From the NCBI RefSeq assembly GCF_009914755.1, contig NC_060934.1: DNA of 64,000 nucleotides. One strand, 5' to 3'. Below the pieces are notes generated by a model. The model was not told the DNA's origin and searched no databases. It saw only the letters and a program-made list of their open reading frames with translations. Shown here in pieces: positions 1 through 16,989 of this stretch. Position 1 is the stretch's first letter. Each line of letters begins with the position of its first letter. Made by a program: the position numbers and the translations under genes. The DNA is from the human T2T-CHM13v2.0 reference genome, Homo sapiens.

Positions 1-1246
1 AGAGGAGTAGCCACTCTCCCGGTGTGGCTCTCACTTTTCACTAGGGATCGGTGCAACCCAGGCCAAGGGAGAACACCCTGTTTCTCCCAAGCCCAGGAAT
101 TAGCATGGGGAAGGGCTGAAAGACACAGAGAGGGAAAGATAACTAGGAAAATCTGCAGGCATTTTCCCAGACATAGACTGAGAGAAGGACGCCATTTTTA
201 ATCTGGGATCTTACAGTCAATGTTTGGCAATGGTGGCCACTGCAGACATTTTAGTCTTCGGCCAAAGATTAGAGTGCTTGCTGTGTAGCAGGGGAAGGAC
301 CCCCACAGTCAGAACTGAGTGGCGAATGTGGAGAGTGCCCCAGCAGTAGGCATGGAATTGGGCTCTTTCCTGTTGCAGGACTGGAATGGGAGGAGAGTTA
401 TGGGAGAGAGAGAGAGAGATGGGAGATAAAGCGATGATTCTCCTGGGTGGTGTGACTTGGAGTCAGGGACAGCTTTGCCACATGGAACCAGTCTGCATGT
501 GTCATTGCTGGGCACCCCAGTCTGCTCCCTTGATCATTTGTGGGAGAGTGCTCCACCAGCTCTGTGGAGAGGGAGGGAGGCAGATCCCATTTGCTTTGAG
601 ATCCAATCCTTGTGAGGACAGCCCCTAAGGGTGTGGGGGGAACAAAACCCACCAAAGCCCAAGGAAACAAGAGCACAGCACCAGCTGCTAAAGGGTGCAA
701 AACCAAAGGCCAGGAACAGACTTGGAGTGGGGGTCATCTCTTGACCCCAGCCCTCCTGGCAAATGCACTGTTGTGGATGTGGCAGCAGCTCTTCTCATTA
801 GATTTCTAGGAGTGTGGGCTGAAAGAGGCACTTATTGGGCTTTTCCAGTTGCTCCACCTCTGCTGAACACCAGCTGTGCTGGGGGAGGGTGATTTTTGAC
901 TTCTCCCTTAGCACCCCCATCTGGACTGAGGGTGAATAGATGCAGAGTAAGTCTCCAACTGTCTCTTACTCTTAAGTCCCATGCACTGGACTGCAGCCTG
1001 TATTACACCATCAAGCAAAAATATATTCCTACACCAAGCAATGTCTGAGAAAGCCAACATGGTAAACTCTCTGAAACCAAGGAACCCATATAGAGCTGTG
1101 GGCCTCTGAGAGTACTCAGAAATGAAGCCTATCAATCATATACAACATACACCACAGTCATACCCTCAAGAGAAAAAAGGATAAAAAAATCAAAAAGTCC
1201 CATCCAAATGATAGCAAATTAAAAAAAGAAATGTCAGCTCCCTCAG

Positions 1247-2203
1247 ATAAGAAGGGACCAGTGCAAGAACTCTGAAAATACAAAAAGTCAGAGTGTTTTG
1301 TCACCTCCAAAGGAACACAATAGCTTCCCAGCAATGGATCCTAATCAAAATGAAATGTTTGAAATGACAGATTCATAACTCAGAATATGGGAGGCAAGAA
1401 AACCTAATGAGATCCAAGAGAAAGCTGAAATCCAACACAAAGAAAACAGAAAAATGATCAGGATTTGAAAGATGACATAGCTATATTAAGAAAGAATCAA
1501 ACAGAACTTCTGGAATTGAAAAATTTACTATAGGAATTTCAAAATACAACAGACTAGAGAAAGCAGAAGAAAGAATTTCAGAGCTCTGAGACCAATCCTT
1601 TGTATCAACCCAGTCAGACATGAATAAAGATAAAAGAAACAAAAGAATTAACAAAGCCCTTGAGAAATATGGGATAATGTAAAGTGATCAAATCTACCAC
1701 TTACTGTCATTCCAGAGAGAAGAAGATAAATTCAACAACTTGGAAAACATATTTGAAGATATAATTCAGGAAAATTTCCCCAGTTTTGCTAGAGAGGTTG
1801 ACATGTGGACACAAGAAATCAAAAGAACTCCTGTAAGATACTATACAAGATGCATCCCCAAGGTACATAATCATCAGACTATCCAAGGTCAACACAAAGG
1901 GAAAAATCTTTAAGGTGGCTGGAGAAAAGGGCCATATTACCTATAAAGGAAAACCTGTCAGACTAACAGCAGACTTCTCAGCAGAAACTTTACAAGTGAG
2001 AAGAGATTGAGGGCACATTTTTAGCATTCTTAAATAAAATAAATGCCAGCCAATTACTTCATTTCTCATCAAAATAAGCTTCATAAATGAAAGAGAAATA
2101 AAATCTTTCCTAGACAAGCAATTACTAAAGGAATTTGTCACCACCAAACTGGCCTTAGAAAAGGTGCTTAAGGGAGTTCTAAACATGGAAGCAAAAGAAT
2201 GAC
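1247..2203 (+). pseudogene. Decayed L1 ORF1 (RNA-binding protein)
   Basis: A-rich coiled-coil region followed by the L1 ORF1 C-terminal block (IRLSKV.., RLTADFSAETLQ in the plus frame); disrupted. Confidence 0.8.
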
Positions 2204-2290
2204 ACCACAAAAGCACATGTAAGCACATAGTCCACATGCTTTATAAAGCAACTACACAATTAAGACCACAAAGCTATTAGCTAACAACAC

Positions 2291-6190
<3,900 letters not shown>

Positions 6191-6599
6191 ACTGGATAAA
6201 AAAAATATGTGGTACATATGCACCATGGAATACCACACAGCCGTAAAAAAAACAAAATCATGTCCTTTGAAGCAATATGAATGCAGCTGGGGGCCATGAT
6301 TCTAAGCAAATAAACAAAAACCCAGAAAACCAAATACTTCACGTTCTCACTTAGAAGTGGGAACGAAACATTGGACACCCATGCTCATAAAGAAGGGAAA
6401 AAGCAGACACTTGAGACTAATAGAGGGTACAGGGAGGGAGGGGAGCAAAACTTGATAAACTTCCTTTTGTGTACTATGTTCACTATTTGTGTGACAGGAT
6501 CAATAGAAGCACAAACCTCAGTATCACAAAATATACCCTGTAACAAACCTGCACATGTAACCCCGAATCGAAAATAATAAAACAGATATCAACTTAAAA

Positions 6600-7850
6600 C
6601 AATTGTGTTGAGATAGTTGATTGTCTATATGGCAAATAAAATTAGATTCATTAATTATACAGTTCACAATGATAAATTCTAGTGAATTAAATACTTTAAT
6701 CAGACAGGAAGTGTTTAAAAAACTTCTAATAAGAAATATGAGAACATTATGAATTTGAGTTAGAGAAACATTTTTTAATCAAGACACAAAAAACACAAAC
6801 TGTAAACTTGATTGACTGCAGTAAGATTAAGAAGAACATAAAGAGGAAGAAAAGACAAGTTATAAACTAGGAGAAATTATTTTTCATAGATATAACTAAC
6901 AAAATATTAGTATCAGAAAATGCAAAGAACTCCCCAAACTCAATATAATTTAAACAAAGAATTCCATAGCATGAAATAATGAACAAAAGATACAAATAGA
7001 TTACAGAAAAGGAAATGCAAATAGCTAATAAAATATGAAAATATATCCAAACTCAGTAGTATCTAGGAAATATGTATTAAATACAATATAATTTATATCT
7101 TCCTGAATGGCAAAAGTTAACGTCAAATGATGCGAATAACTGGTAAGAATGTGGAGCAATGCTAATTCTTATATACTGTGGAAGGGAGGTTGATTTGGTA
7201 AAACCACTTTGGAGAAAACTTTGGCATTATCACTTGATCTTAGCCAAAAGGCCGAGAAGCGATAAAAATTTGGTATTATCTAGTGAAACTGAAGATTAGC
7301 CTTTCCGTATGCCCTGAGCATTTCTTACAGAATGGGAGCACCTTGTGCACATGCAAGAGGAGCCAGGCACGAGGATCCTTCACAGCTGTGTTATTTGTAA
7401 TATCAGGAAATTGTAAATGAATATCAATTCAGAGGCAAATGAAAATATGTTATGATTATACAAAGAAATATTATAATACTACAGCAAAAAAGAAATATAT
7501 TACTTAGATGTATCTCCAGAAAAAAGAAGCTCCAGAAGAACCCATTTGGAACAATATAACTTTTGTAAATTAAAAACAAAACAAAACAAATAAGAGTAAA
7601 CAAAATATTAGGATATGCACATATATTAAAACTGTGTAGAAAAGCAAAGCTGTGGTAAATACAAAAATTAGGAATATGAGAATGTAGTTACCTGTAGGTG
7701 GGAGAGAGAAGGATACAATTGCCGATTTTCATATACAAAATGTTCTGTTTCTTAAATCTGGTGGTGAGTTCATGGGTATCTAACTGCTATGTCTTATCTC
7801 TTTCATATGTGTAATTATTTAAATATAAAACATATTTGAAGATAAAGTAT
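6600..7850 (+). mobile_element. Ancient L1M (L1ME-like) 3' ORF2 / 3' UTR fragment
   Basis: Degenerate L1 3' motifs (aaccactttgga, ggcaaaagttaa..ggtaagaatgtggagcaa, tgttctgtttctt..ggtggtgagttcatggg); A-rich. Confidence 0.7.
7231..7263 (-). pseudogene. U2 snRNA 5'-end retrocopy (nt 1-33), 3'-truncated
   Basis: Reverse complement reads ATCGCTTCTCGGCCTTTTGGCTAAGATCAAGTG, the 5' end of U2. Flanked by 16-bp direct repeats 7215-7230 aaaactttggcattat and 7264-7279 aaaaatttggtattat. Confidence 0.95.
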
Positions 7851-8129
7851 TAAATAAATGACTCAGTCAGTTATATTTCTAGGTTTTGTTTTGTTTTAAA
7901 AAGCAGCTCCAAAGCTAATGCAAAACATGTTATGCCAATTTTTAAGGCAGGTAGAATGAGTCAGAGTGTAATGTTCCTGCCCTTACTTAGAAAACAAATC
8001 CATTAAATATCTATAGTAAAGGCCTTCAACAGTCCGCATTTAGTTAAAAGTCAATAGATTGCTTGTTTTTGAACTCTGAACCTAAATTCTCCTCCTAATC
8101 ACATTAATTTAATTTCCTGAGACATTTTC

Positions 8130-8240
8130 TTTTTAAAATAATTGTTATTGTGTGTATTTAAAGTATACAACATGATGTTATGAGATACATGTAGATAATA
8201 AAATGGTTACTGGAGTGATGCAAATTAATATAGCCAACAT
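8130..8240 (-). mobile_element. L1MA-type extreme 3' end fragment
   Basis: ttattgtgtgtatttaaagtatacaacatgatgttatgagatacatgtaga is the typical antisense L1MA 3' terminus. Confidence 0.65.
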
Positions 8241-8599
8241 TGTGGCTTCTAAGCCACATTTACTTGTTTTTTCTGTTTCTCTTTCATTTCAGGACACTTT
8301 GATGGCTCCCTACATCAGTCATGGAACATAGGAACCACGCTAGGTATTTCAGTAGAGAGTCCTTCTCTTCCCTCCACCTTTACAGTTTTCTTCTTGTGCC
8401 TTCTATTGGTAGAACCTAAAAGGAAACAGCTAGCCAAGAGGACATTTTATTTCTAGGGTTTTACCTCCAGCATCACAAAGTGGAATATCAGAGGGTGGAT
8501 TTGAAGCTGTGAGAATGTAGCTTACTGACGATCATGCTTTCCCTGTCTTTAGGCTTCAAGAACTGGACAACCTCAGAGCTTAGCTATGGGTCCATTTTG

Positions 8600-9910
8600 C
8601 CCCCTGTCTATCCTCTCTCTTTATGGAATCTCATCCAGTCTCATGCTTTCTATATCATATAAAATGAAACAGCTCCCAAATGTGTTTCTCCAGCTTTCAC
8701 TTGCACTCCAGACTAGTATACCATATACATAACTTGACAACTCTATTTGGATGCCCAAAAAGCAATTGCAAACTCAATATTTACAAAATGGAATTCTTGT
8801 AGTTTCAAACCTGTTTCCCTCTTCTCAGTTAATGTCACCACCATTCACACAGTTTTTCAAGCAAAACACCTAAATGTAATTCTTGCTTTCTTCCTTTATA
8901 TCACCCCATTCAACCTAATCAAAATTCTTGAGGTTTTACCTCCACAATACACTCAGATCCCTCATTTTCACCCAATGTGCATGGCCATGGGTGATACAAA
9001 TTGCTTTTCACATAGACCACAAAGATAGCTTTTCAAACGTTCTCCCTTGTTTGGTTCTTCATTCTTCACCCCACTTCACCCCACTTCTCACATAGCAGCA
9101 TAAGTGATCTTTTAAAAATATCAAGTATATCATGTTGTTTCCCCACTTAAAATCTTCAAGGATTTCCGTTAGCAGAACAAAAAAGGCATCTGTGACCCCA
9201 CATGACCTAGACCCTACATCTCCATGATCATCTCACACGGTTCTCCTTCTAGCCCACTGCTTTCTGGCCCCACTGGCCAGGATGCCCTGTCAGTACAATG
9301 CATGGCTGGCTCTGACTATCCTACAGATCTGAGTTTATTTATTTATTTATTTATTTGTTATTTTTTGGAGATGGAGTTTTGCTCTTGTTGCCCAGGCTGG
9401 AGTACAATCTCGGCTCACTGCAACCTCTCCCTCCTGGGTTCAAGCGATTCTCCTGCCTCAGCCTTCCAAGTAGCTGGGATTACAGGTGTGCACCACCATG
9501 CCTAGCTAATTTTTGTATTTTTATTAGAGACAGGGTTTTGCCATGTTGGCCAGACTGGTTTCAAACTCCTGACCTCAGGTAGTCTGCCCACCTCGGCCTC
9601 CCAAAGTGCTGGGATTACAGGCATAAGCCACCACGCCTTGCCCAGATCTGAGTTTAAACATGACTTTTTCGCAGAGGTCTTTCCTTATGATCTGTGTAAA
9701 GTTGCCCCCTTGCCTTCCAGTTACACCCTATCATTTCATACTATTTATGGTCTATTAATACTTGTATTTGAAGTTTTTTTCCACGTGTTTCATAGCTAGA
9801 CTCTAACATCTGTGTGGGTAGTGACCTTGTCTGTCTTTAAACCACTGCATCTCCAGGATCTATAACAGTGTCTAGCACATAGTGAAGTTCAATAAACATT
9901 TGTTGAATTA
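8600..9910 (+). mobile_element. L2 LINE 3' fragment (interrupted by Alu)
   Basis: ctcatccagtctcatgct, cttgacaactctatttggatg and terminal gtgtctagcacatagtgaagttcaataaacatttgttgaat. Confidence 0.8.
9338..9642 (-). mobile_element. AluS (Sq/Sx-like)
   Basis: Antisense Alu with (TTTA)n tail; exact 14-bp TSD cagatctgagttta at 9324-9337 and 9643-9656. Confidence 0.95.
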
Positions 9911-10010
9911 GCAAGGCCCATGAGAGCAGTCCAGCTTTCAATCATTTCCATGCTCATTGTTCAGGGTAAACTCAGTAAAAAGTAGACCAACATGTGAGGG
10001 GGATCTCATA

Positions 10011-10409
10011 TGTTAAAAGAAAAACAGACCAGTTAAATTTAACAGAAGTTCAATTGAGCAAGGAATGATTTGTGAATTGGGCAGCCCTACAAACCAGAGT
10101 AGGTTCAGAGCAACTCAGGTGCTGCTGCACGGTCAGAGGAGATTTATAGACAGAAAAGGGAAACTGACATATAGAAAAAAAGAAGAAAGGTACAAAAACA
10201 TCTGCACTGGTTACAGCTCAGTGTTTGTTTGCCTTATGTGATCACGGTTTGAACAGCTGGCCACCTTTGGTCAAAATTCAGTGATTGGTACAGGAATAGG
10301 TTATAGTCTGTTTACACAACCAGTTTGGTTACAGTTCACTACTTATGGAGAAACCTTTAGTACAAACTTAAAAACAAGGAGGCAGCTTTAGGCTAAACCT
10401 AATTTAACT
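10011..10409 (-). mobile_element. MER57-family ERV1 solo LTR
   Basis: Termini tgttaaaagaaaaa..ttaaatttaacag and ggaggcagctttaggctaaacctaatttaac match the recalled MER57 ends; flanks cata/catg. Confidence 0.75.
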
Positions 10410-10779
10410 CATGACATGGCAACATGTTCAATTTCCTAAAAATGAAGGCAGCATGAAACTCTCTTATGCCTAGAAAGTAGATTAGAAAGGTTTGCTCTGC
10501 AAGTGGTGCATCCAAAAATATCACCACCAGCCTCCCAGATACTCAACTATTTATGACTATTAACTGCTGGCCACCCTCTCCGACCAGAACTGCTGATGAA
10601 AACTAGCTGGCTGGAGCCAGGTCACTTCCCTGCATCTAGATAGAGAGTTCATGGTCTTCATTCGATTAAAAGAGGCCACACAGACCCTACTGCTAATAGC
10701 CACTTCTGACACTAATTGGTTCTGTTCTTTTCCAGTGGTGGCCTAGAACAGACTGGCACTGGGAAAGAACAACTGACAG

Positions 10780-10962
10780 ACCCTGGAGTCCAGTAGCTTC
10801 AGGCTTACATGCATTTTTTCCTGCTTGTTTTCCTGGCAACTCTGAGTTTCAGTTTCCTCATTTGCAATGTGCCAATACTAATATTTATATCATAGGATGT
10901 TTGTAAAGATTAAAAGAAATAAAATGTGTAAAGTGTCTAAAAATGTCTGGCACAAAATAGGA
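10780..10962 (+). mobile_element. MIR SINE
   Basis: Core ctctgagtttcagtttcctcatttgcaa..gattaaaagaaataa..gtaaagtg..ctggcacaaaatagg. Confidence 0.8.
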
Positions 10963-11058
10963 ATGAAATTGCCAGGAATTATGTAAAATTAATCTCAGGA
11001 TATTTAGAATTTAGGAGTAAGCTCACAATGCTAACCCCCTCTTTTGCTTCCCTTTGTA

Positions 11059-11861
<803 letters not shown>

Positions 11862-11989
11862 GTATTCACTAGAGAGGAAAAGTTCCCCCTTTCTGTGCTA
11901 TCTTCTCTTTGCTCCCCAGCATCTCTTCTTTGCCCTTGTCCACTTTGCTCTTGACCAGAGAGGCTGTATGGGTCACACCACCAGCCCCT

Positions 11990-12335
11990 TATCCTGTGGT
12001 TGAGGCAGATGTGGAGCACTGGCAGGGGCAGGGGATGGGCATGCATTCCTCAGCTCTCTCCCTGCAGGATGGCCAGAGGGGCTGCATCCTTCATCCACAG
12101 GTCTCAGCTCTGATACTAGATCCTCTGCAGGGCATCCTCTCTGCCTCTGAGTTGCTACAACTGCTCCTTCCTCTTGCTTCTTCAGCCAAGAATCAGTAAC
12201 TCCACTTTCTTAAGGTATTATGCTATTCTTCCCCTTGTGGTTTCTGTAAACTCTGCTAACACCCTGGTCAACAGTCCCGTTTTTAAGCTTTCTGAATTAT
12301 TCTAATCTGGGCATGTCATCTATTTCTGCCAGAAT
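11990..12335 (+). mobile_element. LTR33-like ERVL LTR fragment
   Basis: 3' end ctgctaacaccctggtcaacagtcccgtttttaagctttc..gggcatgtcatctatttctgccag; similar to the copy ending at 35433. Confidence 0.55.
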
Positions 12336-12394
12336 TAGGCTGGTGGAAACAGCCACTAGTGTGTTCTCAGACATAATTACATACTCTGGCCTGA

Positions 12395-12425
12395 ACACAC
12401 ACGTGTGTGTGTGTGTGTGTGTGTG
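12395..12425. repeat. (CA)n-CG-(TG)n microsatellite
   Basis: acacacacgtgtgtgtgtgtgtgtgtgtgtg seen directly. Confidence 0.95.
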
Positions 12426-13399
12426 AGACAGAGTCATGTGGTTGTTTCTTATTATTCCCCTTGTGGGGACCAGGGATCACTGAGTCCACTACTGCCCCAC
12501 TCTAGATGTGCCCATTTGGGCCATTGTTGCCACCAGCCATCCTGACTGTGGCCTGGGTGGGTCTCTGCCATGAACACATTCATTTAGGGCTATGACTCTG
12601 CTTTCAGCTATGTCTCCAATTTGCCATTTGACACAAGGTCCTAATCTGAGAAGGAGCTTTCAGCTTCCTGGTCTGGGGACAACACTAGTGCTGTGGGTCT
12701 CTGGGTCTCTAACACTTGTAGAATGAGATGTCAGCTGCTTTCTCAGCTGAAAAACTCCCTTGGGCTCTACTTCTTTCTCTGTGCAACTCTTCCAGGATGG
12801 GAAGCAAAGGCTCTGTTCACTTTCCAGCTGCTTGCATGTTTGCCAGGTCTGTGGAACCACTGGGGCTGCCTAGCAGCAGAGTGAATGGAAAAGAGGCCTG
12901 CGTGGTGGGATTCTGGTCTTTCTTGAGTAGATGGCTGTATCTAATAAAGCTGAGTATTTGGTGGTAAGAGTCATAGGTTGCTGTTATTTAATAAATCCCA
13001 ATCCCATCCAGAGGCAGCTCTAATATTCTGGCTGAAAGCATTATTCTTAGTTCCTTACAGATTCAAAATTGCTGACTTTTTAACCACTAGAAAAAAATGT
13101 TAAAGAAGCTTCTAAAAGCTTTCCTTTGTTACCACCAAGACATATTTCTAGCCTCTAAAACACAGAATAAAATGATAAAATCTCCATTCCATGGCTAAAC
13201 TCTCCACCTGGCTTCCCTTAACTCTTGAGTCTGAACTCTGTACACTTCCTCCATCAGCCACAGCCACACACAACTGCCCCCGATGTCCAGACTTACCCAC
13301 CACAGCATGGGTACCACAGGAATTCTGCTGAGTTACTAGTTTTTTAAAAGCTCTGACTTTAATAGGAATGCTACGCTAGGAAAGCAGAGAATTACAGTG

Positions 13400-13590
13400 G
13401 GCAAATACGACCATTTGATATGGTCTTAGGGACACTTTGGAGAAATAAGATCGGGCTCAGATGGTGGTTAGTTGCATCATAACTGGCGAGCCAATGATAT
13501 TCAAGGCTTTACTTCATTAAATGTCAACGTTGGGGGAGGCCTCTGAGAAACTGCTCCTGGGTTCTTCCCCCTCTCCCATCCTGTTCAAAA
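13400..13590 (+). mobile_element. CR1/L3 LINE reverse-transcriptase relic
   Basis: Degenerate FD.V..L.EK..G..V..IHNW..Q..S.W.E.S..P.GS..P.LF pattern (catttgatatggtc, catcataactgg, gggaggcctctg, cccatcctgttcaa). Confidence 0.55.
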
Positions 13591-14087
13591 GACTATGACA
13601 ATGTTAAATAAAGGTCTAAAAGGATGTTATAAACATTACCTATGACATAAAATTAGAAGGCATAGAAAATATTTGGTTGACAGAAATAGTATCCAGATGT
13701 CCTCAATTGATAGTAAAAATGAGTTGAAATATGCAAGAAAGAAAACACATTCAGAATGTCAATTGTAAACACAAAACTCACAGCCATATACACAGTAAGA
13801 CAGTAACCTCTAACAGCAAGGCACAATCTGTTGGGAATTGCCACTAACCACAAAGCAAAGAAAACTATTTTGAAAAACTCCTATCCCAGTTTGGCCTCAG
13901 GATGTGACTACTTAATAAAAGGTAAGAAGACTCTTTATAGTGCCTTCACTGTCTGCTTTTTCACTTATATACTAGGTTTGACCAAATTTGAAAACATCTG
14001 AGCAGTCACTGTCAATTTCCTGCAAGGAGGCTGACTCCGTGTGGTCAAACAGTCAAAAGTTACTGCCTCCTCCTCACATTTTTCTGT

Positions 14088-14330
14088 ATCAGTGCCAAAA
14101 ACTCAAATGGCTCCAGGGCCTAGGCAGGCAATATGTTGAGTAAAGTATGGAAGAGAGGGAGGTGGGAACTGAAATGAGCTGAAGATGCTAAAAAATTCAT
14201 GATTGCTGTCCAAGTCTGGCAACCACTCTTCAGTTCAGTTGTCACCGTCTTTGAATATGGGCACACTCTTATCAGATAGTCTCTTTTAGTTTATACTAAA
14301 TCTGATAATTATTAAATGCTGGCAATATAT
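14088..14330. mobile_element. MER102-like hAT DNA transposon fragment
   Basis: aaactcaaatggctccagggcctaggcagg resembles the recalled MER102 terminus. Confidence 0.5.
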
Positions 14331-14359
14331 TTGATTTCTTTATTTTTTTCATTTGTTTT

Positions 14360-14720
14360 TTCTTTTCTTATTGTGGCAAAACATACACAGCATTAAATGT
14401 ACCATCGTAAGAATTTTCAAGTGTACAGTTCTGTGGCATTAAGTACATTCACACTGTTGCACAGCCATCACTACCATCCATTTTCAAAACTTCTTCTTCT
14501 TCCCCAACTCCATTAAATGATAACTCCCCATCCTCCTCTTCTCCAGCCCCCAGGAAACACCATTCTACTTTCTGTCTCTATGACTTTGACTACTCTACAT
14601 GCCTCATGTAAGTGGAATCATGCAATAGCTATTTTTGTGTGTGTTTGGCTTACTTCACATAGCATAATATCTTCAAGGTTCATCCATGTAATAGCCTGTG
14701 TCAGAATTTTATTTCATCTT
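14360..14720 (-). mobile_element. L1MB-type 3' end
   Basis: ttattgtggcaaaacatacaca..aagtgtacagttctgtggcattaagtacattcacactgttgc..aagtggaatcatgca. Confidence 0.85.
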
Positions 14721-14744
14721 AAAATTATTATTTTTATTCTCTGT

Positions 14745-15398
14745 AAGGGTAGAGTATACATAAGGTAAAATTTACTACTTTAACTTTTAAAAATTATTAT
14801 TATACTTCCTGTGTTGGGGTACATGTGCAGAATGTGCAGGTTTGTTACATAGGTATACATGTGCCATGGTGGTTTGCTGCACCCATCAACCCATCTTCTA
14901 CATTAGGTATTTCTCCTAATGCTATCCCTCCCCCAGCCCCCAACCCCTTAACAGGCCCTGGTGCGTGATGTTCTCCTCCCTGTGTCCATGTGTTCTCCTT
15001 GTTCAGCTCCCACTTACGAGTGAGAACCTGCGGTGTTTGGTTTTCTGTTCTTGTGTACTTTAACTATTTTTAAGTGTGTAGTTCAATAATATTAAGCACA
15101 TTCACATGGTTGTGTAGCACATCTCCAAAACTTTTTCATCTTGCAAAACTGAAACTCTGTACCCATTTGGCTACTCCCTGTTTCTCTGTTGCCTCAGTCT
15201 CTAGCAATCACTATTCTACTTTATACTTCCACAAGTTTGATGACTCAGTTCTAGATACCTCATATATAAGTGGAATAATACAGTATTTTGACTTTTTGTG
15301 ACTGGTTTATATCACTTAGCATAATGTTCCCAAAGTTCATTCACGTTGTATGTGTCAAAATCTCATTCCTTTTTAAGGAAGAATTATGTTTCATTGTA
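14745..15398 (-). mobile_element. L1MA/L1MB 3' end (host element, left part), interrupted by L1PA and Tigger1
   Basis: Same 3'-end motifs (aagtgtgtagttc..taagcacattcacatggttgtg..aagtggaataatacag); continues at 20934 after Tigger1. Confidence 0.8.
14790..15055 (-). mobile_element. Short 5'-truncated L1PA (PA7/8-like) 3' end
   Basis: ggggtacatgtgcagaatgtgcaggtttgttacataggtatacatgtgccatggtggtttgctgcaccc; TSD tactttaact at 14776-14785 and 15056-15065. Confidence 0.9.
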
Positions 15399-15568
15399 CA
15401 GGCATACCTTGAAGATATTGAGGATTTGTTCCCAAGAAATTTAGTATCACAATAAAGTGAGTCACACCGTATTTTTGGCTTCCCAGTGCATATAAAAGTT
15501 ATTTTTATACAACACTATAGTCTATTAAGTGTGCAATAGAATTGTGTCTAAAAAACAATGTATATACC

Positions 15569-16112
15569 TTTATTAGTTAGAGTTCTTTAGAGGGACAGAA
15601 CTAATAGCATAGATGTATATATAAAGGAGAGTTTATTAAGGAGTATTGACTCACATGATCACAAGGTGAAGTCCCACAATAGGCTGTCTGCAAGCTGAGG
15701 AGCAAGGAAGCCAGTCTGAGTCCCAAAACCTCACAAGTAGGAAGATGACAGTGCAGTCGTCAATCTGTGGCTAAAGGTCCAAGAGCCTCTGGCAAAACAC
15801 TGGCATAAGTCCAAGAGTCCAAAAGCTGAAGAACTTGGAGTCCGATATTCCAGGGCAGGAAGCAGGCAGCATGGGAGAAAGATAAAGGCTGAAGGACTTA
15901 GCCAGTCCAGTCCTTCCGTGTTCCTCTGTCTGCTTTTATCCTAGCCATGCTGGCTGCTGATTAGGTGGTACCCACTTAGATTGAGGGTGGGTCTGCCTCT
16001 CCCAGTCTACTGACTCAAATGTTAATCTCCTTTGGAAACACCCTCACAGACACACTCAGAAACAATACTTTGCATCCTTCGATCCAATCAAGTTGACAAT
16101 GTTAACCATCAC
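15569..16112 (-). mobile_element. MLT2A (HERV-L) 3' LTR
   Basis: tattagttagagttctttagagggacagaactaatag ... aagttgacaatgttaaccatcaca; preceded on the minus strand by a PPT-like tgacaagggtgcact. Confidence 0.92.
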
Positions 16113-16469
16113 AAGTGCACCCTTGTCACCTTGAACCATACACATATCCTGAAATCATGCATTATCTACAAATAATAAGAATAATAAGGTGATAATTACA
16201 CCTAACATAATACAGTTATCCTTTATACGGCCAGAAACGCACCAATTCCTGCCCCAAATGCTATTATATAAAGTTAACAATACTTAAATGCTGATATGAA
16301 GTCTTATTTCACATGATAAAGGAAAAGAAAATAAAATGAAGATATTTTCTTAGTACAAACACAAACATGTCCTTAACAAAGCAAGGAGGAAATATTCATG
16401 ACAATTATAGTCCTCGTTTCTGCAGCTGGTCACGTGGTCATAGCTGGTATTGATGACTACCTTCTTCTA

Positions 16470-16988
16470 CTACCCATTCTGTATTCCCTTTGCCTTCAGT
16501 AAGCACCTCGGCAAGTCGTGGCTTTTTACCAGTGGAGTGACCCAAACCTTCATTCTTGAAGGGTCTGGGCCATTTGTAGTCCTGCCTGGATTGGGTTGTT
16601 GTAGTTTCCCATTGACCTTAATCACAGGACATGGTAATACTAAGAGATGCCCTAATGGTTCTCCTGTATTCCATGCAAACTCTTCCTTACCTCCATTGTG
16701 GAGTGGTAGACTGTTTTCATCTTGATAGTCCGGATTGATCACTCCAGCCAACACTGTAATCCCCTTCTTAGCCTGTTGACTTAGAGGTAGGAGGAGCCCA
16801 AAGTGGCCAGGTGGCAATCTTAACTTCCAGTTAAATGAAATCGTTGTTGTGTCTCCTGGTGGCAACATTCCTCCCTCTGGAACTAAGACCTCTAGGCCAG
16901 CAAAATGTAATGTCGCAGGAAGAGGAAGCAAAAATTTTGCTAGTGGGTCACTAGGGGTGATAGTGAATGGTGCCACTTCCACTTCCAT
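16470..16988 (-). pseudogene. HERV-L dUTPase-like domain (open 172 aa, degenerate motifs)
   Basis: AGLEV, GLLLPLS, GVINPDYQDE and GEPLGHL correspond to dUTPase motifs 1-4. Confidence 0.85.
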
Positions 16989-16989
16989 C

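Noticed and set aside
7859-7963. Two AP-1 sites (TGACTCA, TGAGTCA) about 100 bp apart
   Set aside because: 7-mers expected many times by chance, with no other supporting evidence.
10710-10735. Branch point plus strong acceptor (cactaat..tctgttcttttccag)
   Set aside because: No convincing downstream donor was found; isolated acceptors are frequent.
12395-12425. (CA)nCG(TG)n palindrome as a structured RNA
   Set aside because: A common microsatellite configuration with a short stem.
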